Below, piece by piece: positions 38,042 through 52,321 of a stretch of DNA of 64,000 nucleotides (its first letter is position 1; each line of letters starts with the position of its first letter). The stretch is taken from contig NW_024704742.1 of the NCBI RefSeq assembly GCF_018977255.1, positions 11,348,001 through 11,412,000 of the forward strand, given 5' to 3'. The notes beneath the pieces were generated by a model that searched no databases, was not told the origin of the DNA, and saw nothing but the letters and a program-made list of their open reading frames with translations. The position numbers and the translations under genes are program-made. This DNA comes from Callorhinchus milii (Eukaryota).

Positions 38042-38372
38042 AGTCCTGTAGCTCAGTGGTTAGAGCACTCGCTTTGCAAGTGAGAGACCTGAGTTCAATT
38101 CCAGGCAGGGCGAAACCTTGGGCAAGTTTCCTTACTCCACACAGAGCCTAATAATAATCCCTCCAAAAAAAAAAAAAAAACAATAATAAATTGGTCATTT
38201 TCAATCTACGACTGTTTGTGGGACATTGCTGTGCGCAATTGGCTGCCGCGTTCGCCCACAAATATACAGTCAATTCACTTTACAGTCTATTCTGTGAAGC
38301 GCTTTGGGACGTCCTCCCGACGTGAAAAGTGCTATATCAAATGCAAGGATTATTATTATTATTATTATTATT
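38042..38372 (+). mobile_element. tRNA-Ala SINE, full length, young short subfamily
   Basis: Long pure (ATT)n tail; flanking duplication taacagta at 38035-38042 / 38372-38379. Confidence 0.96.
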
Positions 38373-38794
38373 AACAGTAACATATTCAAGTGCACAGTGG
38401 CTGTTTAGATCTGTGGTTTTTTAAGCTTGTCTATAATGCAGGATTTCAGGTGAGTTAATAATTCTGCACCACGTATCTGTGCCCTAATCAAAATGAATAC
38501 TTTTCACTTGACAAGACGTAGAAATGTATTCAGCATTTGGAAATTCTGAAATTAAGAGTAGATTTCTCTTTGATACTCTCTGCAGAATCCATTCACTCTC
38601 CAGCTGAACGAGGCCTCAGCTTAGCCTTATTCGGAACAGCTACAACACTTGTACCTCCGACCCAAACTTTAATATGGATCAAAGTTTTACCTGAGTTTGT
38701 AGCTCAATCAATCACATTGAAAATACAATACCATATGAGGTTGAGTGAAGGAAATCGGAATAGTATATTGTTCAAAATGAAAATAGTTTCAAAT

Positions 38795-38909
38795 AGCTGC
38801 CGCATTTTGCCCACAAAATACAATCAATTCACTTTACAGTTTTTTCTGTGAAGCGCTGTAAGACTTGTTGAAGAAGTGAAAAGGTGCTACATCAAATGCA
38901 AGGATTATT
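38795..38909 (+). mobile_element. tRNA-Ala SINE 3' stub
   Basis: Family tail. Confidence 0.8.
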
Positions 38910-39284
38910 GAATTTGATCCATGGGGATGGAGAGCCAGTCAAGCCAAATACGGATGGGGTGACATAGTTGACATAGCCTGGTGTAGGAGACGACATGAGC
39001 GGCATAGTTCTGCATAGTTCTATTGGACTTGTGTAGGAAGGAACTGTCTGTCGAATGGCGTATTTGAATAGTTCAGTCAACATGATGAAGGAGTGAATAA
39101 GTGTCTTGACAACCCGGTAGAGACAGACGCAGGCAATGTTGCAGAGGTGATTGAGAGCCTGATGTAAGGTTTGAAATAGATTATAGATTGATTGATTTTG
39201 CAAATTCTATTGAAGTAGAGGTTTGCTTTTGGTTGGTACAAGGGTGAAAAAGCTTCCTGTTACAGTTTATTTATTGAAAACATA

Positions 39285-39445
39285 TTGGTCACTCAATGTT
39301 TGTGTTTGTGGGACACTGCTGTGCACAATTGGCTGTCACGTTTCACCCACAATATATACAGTCAGTTCACTTTAAGTTATATTCTGTGATATGTCTCAAA
39401 GACGTGATGAGGCGCTATCAAATGCATCGATTATTATTGTTATTG
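39285..39445 (+). mobile_element. tRNA-Ala SINE 3' fragment
   Basis: ttggtcactcaa...tgtttgtgggacactgctgtg...tail. Confidence 0.82.
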
Positions 39446-39659
39446 TAGATTTGGGATTATAATGTACAATCTATTACTCCATGGATCACAGAAGGGATCT
39501 TTTGTATGTACCAATGCCTTAGTTTTGTCATCATGACATTAAAAATGAATTGCGCAACTATAGTGAGGGAGAAGCTCCCCTGATAGCGATTAAAGTTTCT
39601 GTCCCATTGCAGCACTGGGCAATACACACTCAAAGGCAAGATATTGGATGGCAGTTAGT

Positions 39660-39945
39660 GCACTAGCTAATCAGCTCGGTTAGTGAAATTGGCTCTGTAC
39701 TTCTGGATTGAGAAGAAGAACAATCTAGCCTCTTTGTCCCAATGGTCTTCCAGGGAAAGCAACTGGAAGGATCACATGTGAGATTAGAGTGGGGTTTGGT
39801 TGTGATATTCTCATGGACAAATAGCCTGTCACCACTCACTGTCAAGTTCCACAGATGAATAATAGCTGAGTGGTACCTCTGAGAATATATCTTTCATAAA
39901 AGGAAAAATTAGCCCAATGCCTTCAGGAGAGGAGAGAAAAATTGA
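39660..39945 (+). mobile_element. Ancient SINE-like repeat (family 2)
   Basis: Reverse complement aligns to 20160-20330. Confidence 0.6.
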
Positions 39946-41726
39946 AAGAAAAACATGGCTTGAGGGGATTAGCAGTTACTGTTGTATTCCCCTTTTACAT
40001 CAACAATCTTCTTTCTTCTTCTTGCCTATTTACTATTAAATCAATGTTTTATTCAAACTCATTCTTTTCAAGTACTCTTAGTCTATAGAATGACTTACTT
40101 CCCTCAGTTGTAATACACTTTACAGGCTTTTAAAAACCCAAATTTGGCTTCATCTCACCACGACTTGATTTATCTTTTCAACCTTGGTGCTGCTCTGAAT
40201 ATTAAGCTTCGGACTTGGGTTATATATATATATAAAAGCATGTGTGCTCCTGGCTTGCATCATCCCCAGTTTTCACTTCATAAATCCATAGGAATAAGTG
40301 AGTGAGTTCAACAGAACTCTTTTTTCCTTTATCCTCTGTTCTCAGTATAACAGTTAGAATGACCAGAATGGCTATCCCATGTTTTGACAGAATGACAGAA
40401 GTTCCCCTTGTTTGATTTCAAATCCATTTTGGGTTTCAACAGAAATATAGGCAGATATTTGACACAAGATGCTTGAAGGGGCACAGGGATAAGCCAAGGC
40501 AGTGGTGCAAACTCGATAGGCTGAATGGCTGATCGGCTCCTTCTATACATTTTTATGATTCCTCCTATCGGGTGTCATGTATCAGCACATCAAAGAAAAA
40601 GCAAGTTATGTTAAGTATGATGAACCCCTAAAAATATGCTTTCTTCGATTTTCAGTGTTTAATCTCAACGAGAGGGTGTTGTGACTATTATATGCTAACA
40701 TGGAGTAGTTAGCTTGAATTTTGAATTGAATTGATTTGCTTTAACTTTTAGACCAAAAATTGTGGGGAAGATAGATGCATGATGGTGGAGATGCTTGATT
40801 TGGGCTATTATCTTGTCCAGCACAATATAGGTGGTATGTTGGACTTGAGGAAACTAAATTGCTTAAGTGTGTTCATGCAGCTGATTCCAGCAAATGTTCT
40901 TTTTTTAATGCTCAGCTGTGTCTGATATAAGAATGCATTTTCAGTTAGCTGATTGTACTAAGGTATGTGAGTAAATTGTTTTATTCAATGGCATTCATGA
41001 GCATTAGTTAATGAGCGTCAATTGAGGTAGATGGCCTGAGGAGAGGCACAGATGATGCTGATGTAGACAAGCTGTTTAATTTGGACTGTATGTACATACA
41101 GGAAGACCTGAATCTGTAATCAGCAAGACTAGATTCTTGAAAATTCCTGCTCACTCCCTCCCACACACCGATTAGAATAGACTCTGAATGAAACCAGTTG
41201 ATTCTGTGTTAATTGACTTGCTTTAGGAACAGGGTTATACGAATAGATACAGAATGAGGTAAGCACATAATATCTTGGGAATTTATATTTTCTGTTCTGT
41301 TGAAAACAGATGAGTTGGCCAGATGTTTACTGTGATTACCTTTGAGGTGCAATAGAGTATTTATACATGTCTTTCCCCAGAAAACGCAGACTCTGGGAGC
41401 CCCAAGTCTCGGCTGTTGCCAACTTGCGCCAAATATTTTCCAATATTGGGGAAGCAGGGTGTGTCCCTATAGGGAGAGAGAGTCTGTATTCCATTCCAAC
41501 AAATATCTCTGGTAGTTCCAGGTACAGGTCAGATGCATGGAACTCTGTTTGTTTTGAATACTGTTAAGCATGGTAATGAGTTTCCGCATGTGGCAAGACA
41601 CCCAATTGACCAAGCAAAAATAAATAGTTATGGTGGGTGGAAGGATCTAGCTCGTCTTTGCATAATCTACAAAGGATTGTGCCAAATGGCCCTTTCTTAT
41701 TTCATGGTCTCTTTTGTTCTTATACA

Positions 41727-41862
41727 TTGGGGAGGACAAGATTGCAGGGCTATGGAGAAAGCGGGCCAGTGGGATTGAGTTGGATTGCTCTTTTTGGAGC
41801 CGGCACAGACACAGTGGGCTGAATGGCCTCTTTCTGTGCTGTATGATTCTATGATTCTATGA
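41727..41862 (+). mobile_element. CR1 3' stub
   Basis: cagggctatggaga...gctgaatggcct...(TTCTATGA)n. Confidence 0.88.
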
Positions 41863-42654
41863 AATGTGTTCATCTTGTGTGATTTTTACAGTAATTCTTC
41901 AGAGTTGGCTCCAGTAAATTTGCTGCATATTTAAAATACTTATTAGTTCAAATTGGCCAGTCTGAGCAAGTGAAAGTTCATTTAAGATTTCAACACTTCG
42001 CTATGCAGGTTTCGTGTTGCACTTTTAAAATAATAAGCAGTGCAAGGAGTTCTCGTGCCCATCATGTTTGAGGAATATCACCGGACACAATAAGACAGGA
42101 AAAGAAATGGGAGAAACTAAGATGGGCAGAATTGGATTTTCCATTTTAAAAAAATCTGGCTGTGATATTGCATAATACTGATGAATGAATGAAGATAATT
42201 TGTTCAGCATGTGGCTGTCATCCATCACATATTGCCATGTAACATAAAAAAATCGAATCTATCTTTAAATTGTATTGTGTGCAATTAAAATTCTTCACTG
42301 GGAATATAAAGTTACAGTATATCTCGAATCTGATCTTGCGGCCCAGAATATGATATAATATGTAATTAAAGTAATAACATTTACTTACAAAGAAACTATT
42401 TTGGTAATTTAAGGGACAAAATTCATCCCATGCACAGTGTGATGAGGCGCAAGACCATAAATAGTGAAGAAGCTCAGAGTACTACTTCTGATGGTTAGGC
42501 GAGAACGATGGGAGATGAATTCTCTCTGATCTGCATTTACTCTGTTTTATTTGCATTTGAAAACATCCAGAATTTCAGAAATTCGTAAACAGTCTTAACC
42601 TGGAAGTCGTAGGTCTATTTAGGGACTACAGAAAATCTCCTTCAAAATCTCCTG

Positions 42655-42948
42655 GGTCGGTAACCCGAGGACACCGATTTAAGAGTTAAAAGGAACAGAG
42701 GGGAGGTTAGGAAATTTTTTTTCACCCAGCGAGATGTTCGTATCTGGAATGCATTACCTGAAAGGGTAGTGGAAGCCAATTGAATAACAACTTTTAAGAG
42801 AGAAGTAGATGGGTATTTGGGGAGGAAAGGATTGCAGGGCTATGGAGAGAAAGTGGGCCAGTGGGATTGAGTTGGATTGCTCTTTTAGGAGCTGGCACAA
42901 ATGAAATGGGCCGAATGGTCTCTTTCTGTGCTGTATGATTCTATGATT
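42655..42948 (+). mobile_element. CR1 3' fragment
   Basis: TRGH...FFTQR...WNALPERVVEA remnant plus 3'UTR. Confidence 0.88.
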
Positions 42949-44254
42949 TTAAAATATTAAGACTGAATTCAGCAATTTGCCAAATTCTGCGCCATCTGAA
43001 CTGTTAAGAAAATACAGTAAATCTACACCCAGGTGGAACTCTTCTCCCAAGGTCAGCGTTGGCTGTGATGCAACTTGAGAGAGAGGTTCAGAAGATGAAG
43101 GTTCCTTCCGCCCATTTGATCACATTCAAAAACACAAACCCTATTATTTTTCCTCTTCACAACCAAACTGGTCAGGGCATCTCCATACACCATATTAAGC
43201 CAGCAGTTAGTAAATCTGTGTATTTGGAAGATAGCGGGTGAAAGTATTGCTGGGGGGGAGCTTAAGGAAATGCACAGTGATTGTTTTTTACAGATGCTGG
43301 TTCTTGGATGAGTTGAGAACTTGTATTATATTGTGAAGGAGGAAACCTGAAGGATAAGAGGGATGAATGCATGGATGGATTGATATAAGAGGTAGTGGCA
43401 GGACTCATTTAAACTGTAACCTTGCTGTAGAACATGGGATAAAAAAACTGCAGAGTTGAGAGTACATGAGGGAGAATGTCAACGTCATTTTTCATCTGCT
43501 GTTTCTTCATTGACTGATAACTGTCTGAAACTCGATCTCAGTGCTTCAGCAATATATTAGGTAAACGTAATTGTAAAAAAAAACAATGCTTCTGTGGCTA
43601 AACTCGAGGATCAGGAATTTCAAGGTTGACTTGTCATTGTGACTCTCACAAGGAAACTGCAGCTTTCAGATTGGACACATGGGATACTTTCAAAGAAGCC
43701 TTTTCTGGGGTTCAAATAGGAAAATAATTGCTTTTTAGTTACTATCTTGGTGAACGTAAGTCCTGGAAAGCCTTTCTGAACAGGTAAAGATGAGGCTTGA
43801 GCCAAGTGAATGTTAAAAACCTTTATGTTTCTTAGACTGTTCATTTGTTATCCTCCCATAGGTAAGTCACTGTAACCTGGAAATCACAGCACTCCATTTT
43901 CTTGTAACAATTTGCTACTTGACCTGGAGCCCATATGATTTTTCAGCTTGTGCACCTGATAAGAATGTCCCCATGTGGCTATTCTAGGCTTTCAATTGAA
44001 AGAAGCTTAAAAAGCTTAGGGTTATGTATCACGACCTCAGATTCCCTCAAGAGTAAACTGTGGTTGTGGTGTGCAAGTGTTTCTCCTTGTGTAAAGCTTC
44101 ACAAAGTAAACTGTAAATGGTGTAAATACTGTTTTCTGAGATTGTAAATCTGGAGAACTCAAAGCATGAGTTTTCCTGATCAAATGCCTGTTATTTGTAT
44201 GTTTTACCTACCAATAGAGTAACACTTTTTTTGAAACAAAATTTTCTCTTTCCC

Positions 44255-44640
44255 TCAGTATGATTTCATGCAACGTTGACTGTGCCTAAATCCCAGAACC
44301 CAACTTCTTTCCATACAGGCTTCTGGACCTGCCATCCAGCTGTGATTTGTGTATTTGTACCTACAGATCCCTTTGGCACTCTGTTCCATCGAGTGTTCTG
44401 CCTTCCTCTTCTTTTACTTGAAATGTAGCAGTGTCTGACTGCATATGCCATTTGTCTGACCATTTTAGTCTATCAATGTTCTCCTGCAGTCTTATGTTCT
44501 CGCAACTTGTCAGTCCATCCAATGTTGTGGTTTCAGCAAACTTGCATGCGGCCCCTCCTGTGTCCATGTCTGAATCATTTAAAGCATGTTGTAAAAAGCA
44601 ATTCTCATACAGATCCCTGACCACACTTCTCCACACATCC
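44255..44640 (-). mobile_element. Old CR1 RT fragment
   Basis: KFAETTTL...LQENIDRLKWSDKWHM, a degenerate KFADDTKL / W..KWQM region. Confidence 0.7.
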
Positions 44641-44785
44641 TAACAACAACTTACATTATCCAGCACCCTTCATGTGGAGTAATGTCTTGGAATGCTGGCA
44701 ACACACTGATTCTTACTCCCTGCACTCTCCCTCAGCCACCGCTCTATTACTTTACCTTTAATACCACAACTCTTGTTTGATATTT

Positions 44786-45168
44786 GGACTCCTGCAGCTT
44801 AATGGATAGAGCACTCATCTCGTAAGCGAGAGGACCTGGATTTGATTCTCAGGCAGGGCGAAACAATCGTCAAGTTTCCTTACTCCATGTGCCTCTGTTT
44901 ACTTAGCAGTAAGGAGGAATTACGATTGTTAGTCCATTGGCGGATCACTTTTCCGGGGTTAATAATCCCTTCAAAAAAAATTCAAAATAATAATAATTTG
45001 GTCACTCAGTCCACGGCTGTTTGTGAGACACTGCTATGTGCAATAGGCTGCCCTGTTTCACCCACAAAATATATAGTCAACTTGCTTCATAGTATATTCT
45101 ATGACGCGCTTTGAAACGTCTTGAAGATGTGATAAGGCGCTATATCAAATGCAAGGATTATTATTATT
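44786..45168 (+). mobile_element. tRNA-Ala SINE, full length, long subfamily
   Basis: Head to (ATT)n tail. Confidence 0.92.
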
Positions 45169-45359
45169 TGACTGGGTCTTATGTTCTATCTTGTCAAAAG
45201 TCTTCTGAATGTCATATTATAATGTTTATGTGTATATATATCTCACCATCACATTTCCTTCCTTGATGTCCTGCTTTATTTTTGCCTAAATATGTCAATT
45301 TGATTGATTTCACTCAATCTGCTCTTCATCTCCACTTGATGATCATTTGAAATATCATA

Positions 45360-46060
45360 ATATATAATCCTTGCATTTGATAGCCTATCACATCTTCGAG
45401 ACATCTCAAAGTGCTTCACGGAATATACTGTAAAGTGTAGTGACTGTATATCTTGTGGCCTAAAAGGAATTGTTTGCAGGGACCGAAGTCAGAAATAGAA
45501 CCTGCACAATTGCCCACAAACAGCCATGAAGTGAATGATCCATTTTATCTGGGAGATTGTTGGCCATGGAGACTTTTCTCCTCAAGAAATGCTGCATGAT
45601 CGTTAACATCTATGTGAACAGGAAGACTGGACATCGATTTAATGTCTCATCCGAAGTCACTTATAATAATGTAGCACACCTTGCATTTGATATAGCGCCT
45701 TATCACGACTTTGAGACGTCCAAAATGCTTCACAGAATATATTGTAAACTGAATTGACCGTATATTTTGTGGACGAAACGTGGCAGCCAATTGCGCACAG
45801 CAATACTTTTTTTAAAGAGATTATTACCCCTAAAAAAGCGATCCGCCAATCGACCAATGACCAGGTTCCTACTTACTGCGAGGTAAACAGATGCGTATGG
45901 AGTAACAAAACTTGCCCAATGTTTCACCCTACCAAGAATCGAACCCAGGTCTCTCGCTTGCGAGGTGAGTGCTCTAACCACTGAGCTACAGGACTCCACA
46001 ATGTTCTCACGTGAGGCTTCTGACTCAGAGGTGAGTGTTACCAACTGAGCCAGACTGACA
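45360..46060 (-). mobile_element. Deu-domain SINE split by a tRNA-Ala SINE
   Basis: Tail and Deu core at 45360-45656; head ttctgactcagaggtgagtgttaccaactgagcc at 46018-46060. Confidence 0.65.
45663..45997 (-). mobile_element. tRNA-Ala SINE, long subfamily, small internal deletion
   Basis: Tail through to gagctacaggactcc. Confidence 0.92.
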
Positions 46061-46401
46061 TCTCTTAATACCTTCAAACCAATTTAATTCAGAGCTGATT
46101 TCTTTTGGTGGAAACGGGCCTGAATCTCACTTATTTTTTCCACAAATGGCTGAAGACCGAGCTTGTCAACTGTAAGGCTGTGATTTATTTATTTTTCACA
46201 GAAAAAAAATTTCATGCAGAAACGTTGAGCTGGAATATAGTGAAATTAAACAGGCCACAAACAAGATCAGTTACACAGGATGCACAGATGATAAGTAACA
46301 AAACAAAACACTGATCAAACACCAAGCCACAGATTAATTGTGAAGACCATCATTGACTTAACCACAGTTAAAGCAGTTAAACAGATAACCGGTGCTGAAC
46401 A

Positions 46402-46710
46402 AATAACAACTCTTGCATTTGATGATATCGCGCCTTATCACATCTTCGAGAAGTATCAAAGCACTTCACAAAATATACTGTAAAGTGAATCGACTGTACA
46501 TTCTGTGGGCAAAACACAGCAGCCAATTGTGCACAAACAGCCAATTGCGCACAAACAATCGTGGATTGAAGTGACTAATTTATTTTTTTTGAAGAAATTA
46601 TTATCCCAGAAAAGCGATCCGCCAATCGACTAACTACCGAGTTCCTACTTACTGCTAGGTAAATAGAGGCGTGTGGAGTAAGGAAATTTGCCCAACATTT
46701 CGCCCATCCC
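46402..46710 (-). mobile_element. tRNA-Ala SINE lacking the head
   Basis: Tail and central segment; internal tandem duplication of cagccaattg.gcacaaa. Confidence 0.88.
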
Positions 46711-47306
46711 AAAGCAGTTGAATGATGGTGCAGAGGATTCATGAGAGCTCGTCACATAAGAGAATAAGAGGACATTCTGTAAGACTCCAACTGATGGACT
46801 GTTACAAAACACTAATGATGCTCACAATGAGAGCAAGTGGTTTTGCTTTCAGAAAATAAACATGTAAGAGAAGCCACATACCGAAGATGGATGATAATAG
46901 TTCTATCGTCTTCTTGTTTGGCCATTATTGGCTTTCCAAGCCCTTAGGTAGCTAATTACCCACCAGCTTGGATGAAGTGGAGAGATGGAAATAAACACCT
47001 TAGAGCTGTGATTGACTGTTCTCTTCAAAGCAATCATATTCGTAAACTAAATATCTAAATGCTGTTCCACCATTTATCAGGCACAATAATCTGAATTGCT
47101 GTAGAGAGCAAGCACTGATCTCAGACATTGCCCAAAGAATTACAGAGATTTACAGCACAGAATTGCATTGTATTGACTCACAGAAGACAACAAAAGCAGC
47201 AATTGTTTAGCAATTAAAACAATTTTTTCATTTGTATAAATACAAGTTGATAATTATTCATCAGATTACTTTGATTAAACCTGCAACACTACCTTTTCTT
47301 GTTGAA

Positions 47307-47630
47307 TGATAATAATCCTTGCATTTGGTAAAAGCACATTATCACGTCTTCAATACGTTTCAAAGGGCTTCACAGAATATACGGTAAAATAGATTGACTA
47401 TATATTTTGTGGGCGAAATAATACCATGGCATATTTAACATCCACCTCCAAAGGCAGATGGGATCTCGGTTTAACGTCTCATCCAAAGGACAGCTCTACC
47501 AGCCTGTGCAGCACACTCTCAGCACTGCATTGATGTATCAGCCTAGATTGTACAAATTCAAAGATGAAGGGCTTGAACTCACAACCTTCTGACTCAGAGG
47601 TGAAGGTGCCACCAACTGGGCCAGGCTGAC
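47307..47630 (-). mobile_element. Deu-domain SINE (SacSINE1/AmnSINE1-like core), best-preserved copy
   Basis: ggcagatgggatctcggtttaacgtctcatccaaaggacagc core; tRNA-like head cttgaactcacaaccttctgactcagaggtgaaggtgccaccaactg. Family name is from recollection. Confidence 0.8.
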
Positions 47631-48504
47631 CAATTAAGCGAAGCTGACATTGTTTCAAAAGCAGTCATTAAGAGAGGCACTAGATTTGAGAGAGTTTCCA
47701 GAAAAGGGGTGGCATTACGTTGAAGTATAAAATAAGACTCCAGCAGGGATCCATCTAAGTCATGCCATAATACAAGAATTTAACTCCAATCCTAGATGCC
47801 CTCAAAGCTGAGGTTACTCTCTCTTAATCTTAAATGACTAATTTAAGATGTCTTGTGCACCCTGGTATTTGAACATCTTGCCAGAGCAATTTACCAGAAT
47901 CAGCTTTCTCAACCTCTTATGCAATGTTGATTTTTTTTCTTCTGCTCACAACAACTCAAATGAAATGGAGTCTAGCATCAATAGCTTAATGTTCAATTAA
48001 AGCCACTTCCGATTTTTGTCCAGCTAATCCTTCACAAGATACATTTATTTAATAAAGTACTACAGTACTGGTGCTTAAACAGAGCAATCAAATAATTCAG
48101 GGCTATGAAACGGCTCCATAAGTAAACCAACCTGACCTCTTCATCTGCAAGCACTCAAGAAAGATCTTTAATGTGTCAATACACTACACAAATGAGAGTT
48201 TGAATATTTGCCACCTCCATTACCATTAAAATACATGTGAAAGAGCAGCTACAACATGAAATTTCAAAACGATTGATGAGACTACAAAAAAGGTTGGGAT
48301 TTACGTTTAAAGCCAAGCTTTGCTCATAAAATACCTTCTCATTTGTCTTTCAAGATACAGGGGAGGTGGTGGGAAAGAAGGGAGATAAAGAGACGGAAAA
48401 AACTTTCTACAAAGAGTTTCCACCCTGGCTCTGCTATGTTGAATACCTTAGGATCCCCTCTCTTTTGTTCCATCATATCAATTGCTGTGGAAAATTTGAC
48501 TGCT

Positions 48505-48612
48505 GTGTTCTCCTATAAAATATCCAGTCACTTTGCTTTACAGTAAATTCTGTGAAGCGCTTTGAGATGTCCTGCTGCTGTGAAAATTGTTGTATCAAAT
48601 GTAAGGGTTATC
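48505..48612 (+). mobile_element. SINE 3' stub
   Basis: ctttacagtaaattctgtgaagcgctttgaga...tcaaatgtaagg. Confidence 0.7.
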
Positions 48613-49269
48613 ATGTTTTAATGAATTTATGATATTAATTAATACACAGTGCTCCTTCACCTCCATCTGCACATTTTTGTACAGTCCATAATTAAACGGG
48701 TTTAAATATCTGAAAACATCTCTATGTATCCATATAAACCACAATTGGATTACAGTATCTGAAATAAATACCTGTGTATAATCCATAATTAAATGAGTTG
48801 ACATTCAAATAAACAGAACAAATATCTGAATCACATGAAAAAGTCAACAGCATACAATTTCAAAGTGTTTTTCTACATTCATTTTAAACTAAAATAGGAA
48901 AACATTAAAAAGTATAATATTGCTTGCATTCGAAAGGGTTATTATACATTTCCTTATCACATTGTCTTAAAGTACTTTTTCAGGATTTACGATAAGTGAA
49001 GTGACTGTGTGTTTTCTAGGCAAACACAGCAAACAATTTACATACAGCTGGGTCAAACAGAACAATAGTTTAATGTCTCATCCGAAGGACGGCACTTCCA
49101 AGTACTCCATTGTAGCATAAACTTTATTTATGGAATTTCAACCATTCATTTTTTCATACAATTCCAAATACAAGTTCATTACTGGATCCATCCGAGAGCA
49201 AACTAGATGCTTGAACCACTTGTGAGCTGTTATGAATTCAGAAGGACACATTTTGCATCTGAAGCTCAA

Positions 49270-49545
49270 AGACATCGTGAACATAAACATGTTCCAAGAT
49301 AGTAAAAGAAGAGGACGTGGATTTAGAGTTGAAAAAGGCAATTTCAGGACAGACAGCAGAAAGCATTTTGTAACCCAGAGGGTAATTAACAATTGGAACA
49401 GATTACCAGGAAAGGTGATTGAGAACAGGGCACTTTTTTTAAAAAGAAAACTTGATACTGTGATGGGAGCACGATAGGATGGGTATTTTGGAAGGATGAG
49501 ATGACCTAGCCAAAGGGCCTTCTTCATCCAAACTAATCTTGTGAA
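49270..49545 (+). mobile_element. Old CR1 3' end
   Basis: FRTDSRKHFVTQRVINNWNRLP...KRKLD; similar degenerate tail near 13420-13580. Confidence 0.8.
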
Positions 49546-49669
49546 AACGTCAGTGTTTTTGAGAGCAGTTAATTCTTTTGCATAGCTGAGTTCAAGAGCA
49601 ATGTCCATTCTTCCCAGGACATCACAAAGATTCTTAAAGTCTAGATGTAGTAAGGTTATGAAGACTCAA

Positions 49670-49991
49670 CAACAATAATAATAATAATAATCCTTGCATT
49701 TGATATAATGCTTTTTACATCTTCTAGACGTCCCAAAGCGCTTTAAGGAACACACTGTAAAGTGAATTGACTGTATATTTGTGGGCGAACGCGGCAGCCA
49801 ATTGCACACAGCAATGTCCCACAAACAGTCGTAGATTGAAAATGACCAATTTATTATTGTTTTGTTTTGGAGGGATTATTATTAGGCGTGTGGAGTAAGG
49901 AAACTTGCCCAAGGTTTTGCCCTCTGCCTGGAATTGAACTCCGGTCTCTCACTTGCAAAGCGAGTGCTCTAACCACTGAGCTACAGGACTC
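49670..49991 (-). mobile_element. tRNA-Ala SINE, full length, short subfamily
   Basis: Matches 28574-28894; gactcaacaa repeated at both ends. Confidence 0.95.
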
Positions 49992-51479
49992 AACAATGTG
50001 TTAAGTCACCCTTTCCTGCCCATAGAGCACTGCCTGGCTTATTGCTTGGGTTTTCCATGGACTAACTAACTATGTACACTCAGCTTGTTTGGCCCAATAA
50101 ACCTGCTCCTTCCATGAACCAAATAAAATTCCATTCACTCAATCTCCTGAGGATAGTTGAACAGAAATCACAATATACAACAATGTTTATCCTTCACCAC
50201 ATCATCATTCAATCTTGGCTTCTAGCCCTCTAGATATTTTCCCCTCCCTTGTCCCAGAAGCCCCAAAAATATTGTATGCAATAACATCACACTTTTTGAA
50301 TCTGTTATGATCCCTGTAACAGCAAATCTATTCCCAACAAGATGTTTATCTAATTGATTGAGATTGTATCAACTCATCCTGCTGTTGGGTGTGGGAAAAG
50401 ATCAAGAAATAGGATTAAGGTGAGATGCTTTTTCACGAGGACATGCAAAAAAAGGGGCCTTATCACCACCTACTGTGTCTTGCATTTCTTTTGATGCATG
50501 GTTTCTTTGTTGAAAGATAGTTGCTCATGTTCACAACTCTGTAGGGTTGGGGTGAAGAGGAGAGAGGTTCAAATCTCTTGTTTAAACTTATATAAGTTTA
50601 AACCTTTCCGCCTAGTTCTGCATTCACAATTCATGTCAAATAACCTGGTTATTCACTGTCATTGCCTCACCTCAGCTCACTGATTTCCTGATAGTCCATG
50701 AGATGAGTAGGTAGGTCATGCTGATGTGGATTTACATTCAATCTCCATGATGCAGTGAACTCCATATTGTGCATCCATGCTTCAAGTATTGTAGTGGTGT
50801 GTATTTAAAGGAGCCTCAGCATAATTATTCGCTCTTAATATCTAATAACAGATAACAATTTCCAAGTATTTTAAGGGTGGGGAGGGGGACACAGTGATTT
50901 CCATGTGTTGGTGGCAAATGTGGAACTCTCTGGTTTGGAAACTCTTAAGATGCGTGTGTCATGGACACCCAGCTGACCAAAAACAAACAAGCATTTCAAG
51001 TGTTCTTTTGTCTGTGAAAAATCTTTACTGGATCCAAAGTGTGTGGTCTGTGAAGTTCATGTGTGTCATACTAACATTACAAAATGTCCTCATGGAATTT
51101 ATTGCAATCATGTGGGGGCTTCACATGAGGAAATTGCTTCTATTGGAAACAGCTGGAAGTTGTGGTTGAATATCGAAGCCTCNAAAAAAATTTCAGAGGT
51201 TGTAGTGGTGTATTTTGTTCAGATTACTGCTCTTTCAGCTCTGGGCTTTGGATTTGAATCCAGATCAGATGCAGGAGGATGAATGTTTTCTCCCTCTTTA
51301 CCAGACATAAACTTCTGATGTACAATTACTTGAGAAGTCTCAAGTTATACAGGATCTCCATTTGTACCACTCACTTCTGCCCTGTAACGCACTACCTCAC
51401 TGATAGCTTGGGTCTACCGTGGACTAATTTGACTATGTTAGTTAAAAAGGGGATCATGTTCACTGTGTTAGTTAAACTC

Positions 51480-51630
51480 ATGGCTATTTGTGGGACACTG
51501 TTGCACGCAACTGGTTGCTGCGCCTTCCCTGCAAAATACACAGTCAATCCACTTGACAATATATTCTGTGAAGCGCTTTGAGACATCTCGACGACTTGAA
51601 AGGCGTTATATCAAATGCAAGTATTATTAT
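51480..51630 (+). mobile_element. tRNA-Ala SINE 3' fragment
   Basis: Family body and tail. Confidence 0.8.
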
Positions 51631-51739
51631 GTGTTTCCAGCAGTAAAACAAGGTTGACTTCTGCATTACTTCCATCCCCCCCTGCACACATTATATATAC
51701 AAAGTGCTCTGAAGTGCACACTCAGCAAAATCAATAGTA

Positions 51740-51855
51740 GTAATAATAATAATCCTTGCATTTAATATAGTGCCTTATCATTTCTTCGAGATGTCTCAAA
51801 GCTCTTCACAGATTATGTTGTAAAGTGAATTGATTGTATACTTTGTGGGCGAAAT
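51740..51855 (-). mobile_element. tRNA-Ala SINE 3' stub
   Basis: Family tail. Confidence 0.82.
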
Positions 51856-52321
51856 AACATTCCCTGGACTTGTGTGCAACTCGAAGGAAGTTGGTCAGCT
51901 AAGATCTGATTACCTGGGCGTAGCTCATTTTATCGTGCTTCATTTGTAACGCAGCCTATTGGACCCATAAAGCCATATTATGGTGAGGTTCACCTACATT
52001 ACATTTGAACACGATGATGTTCAAATATCTTCCCCTTAGGGGGAAAGCACCAGTAACATTTCATTTCAAAGGCAATCTGCCCCAAATTAAATACCAAAAA
52101 TGGAAAATAACTCAAATTACAATTCCCAGGGCACAGTGACTGAAAATTATTATCTCGCAATGCGCACGCACAGACGCACAAACAAACAGACATATATAGA
52201 CACGTACATTGCACAATGACCTCCAGTGAACCAGCAGACACCAAATCCCCGTGTTCTAAGTTTATCCGCTGCACAGAAAATTGAATATGGTTAGTGTGAA
52301 AAATATAAATTCATGATTTGC

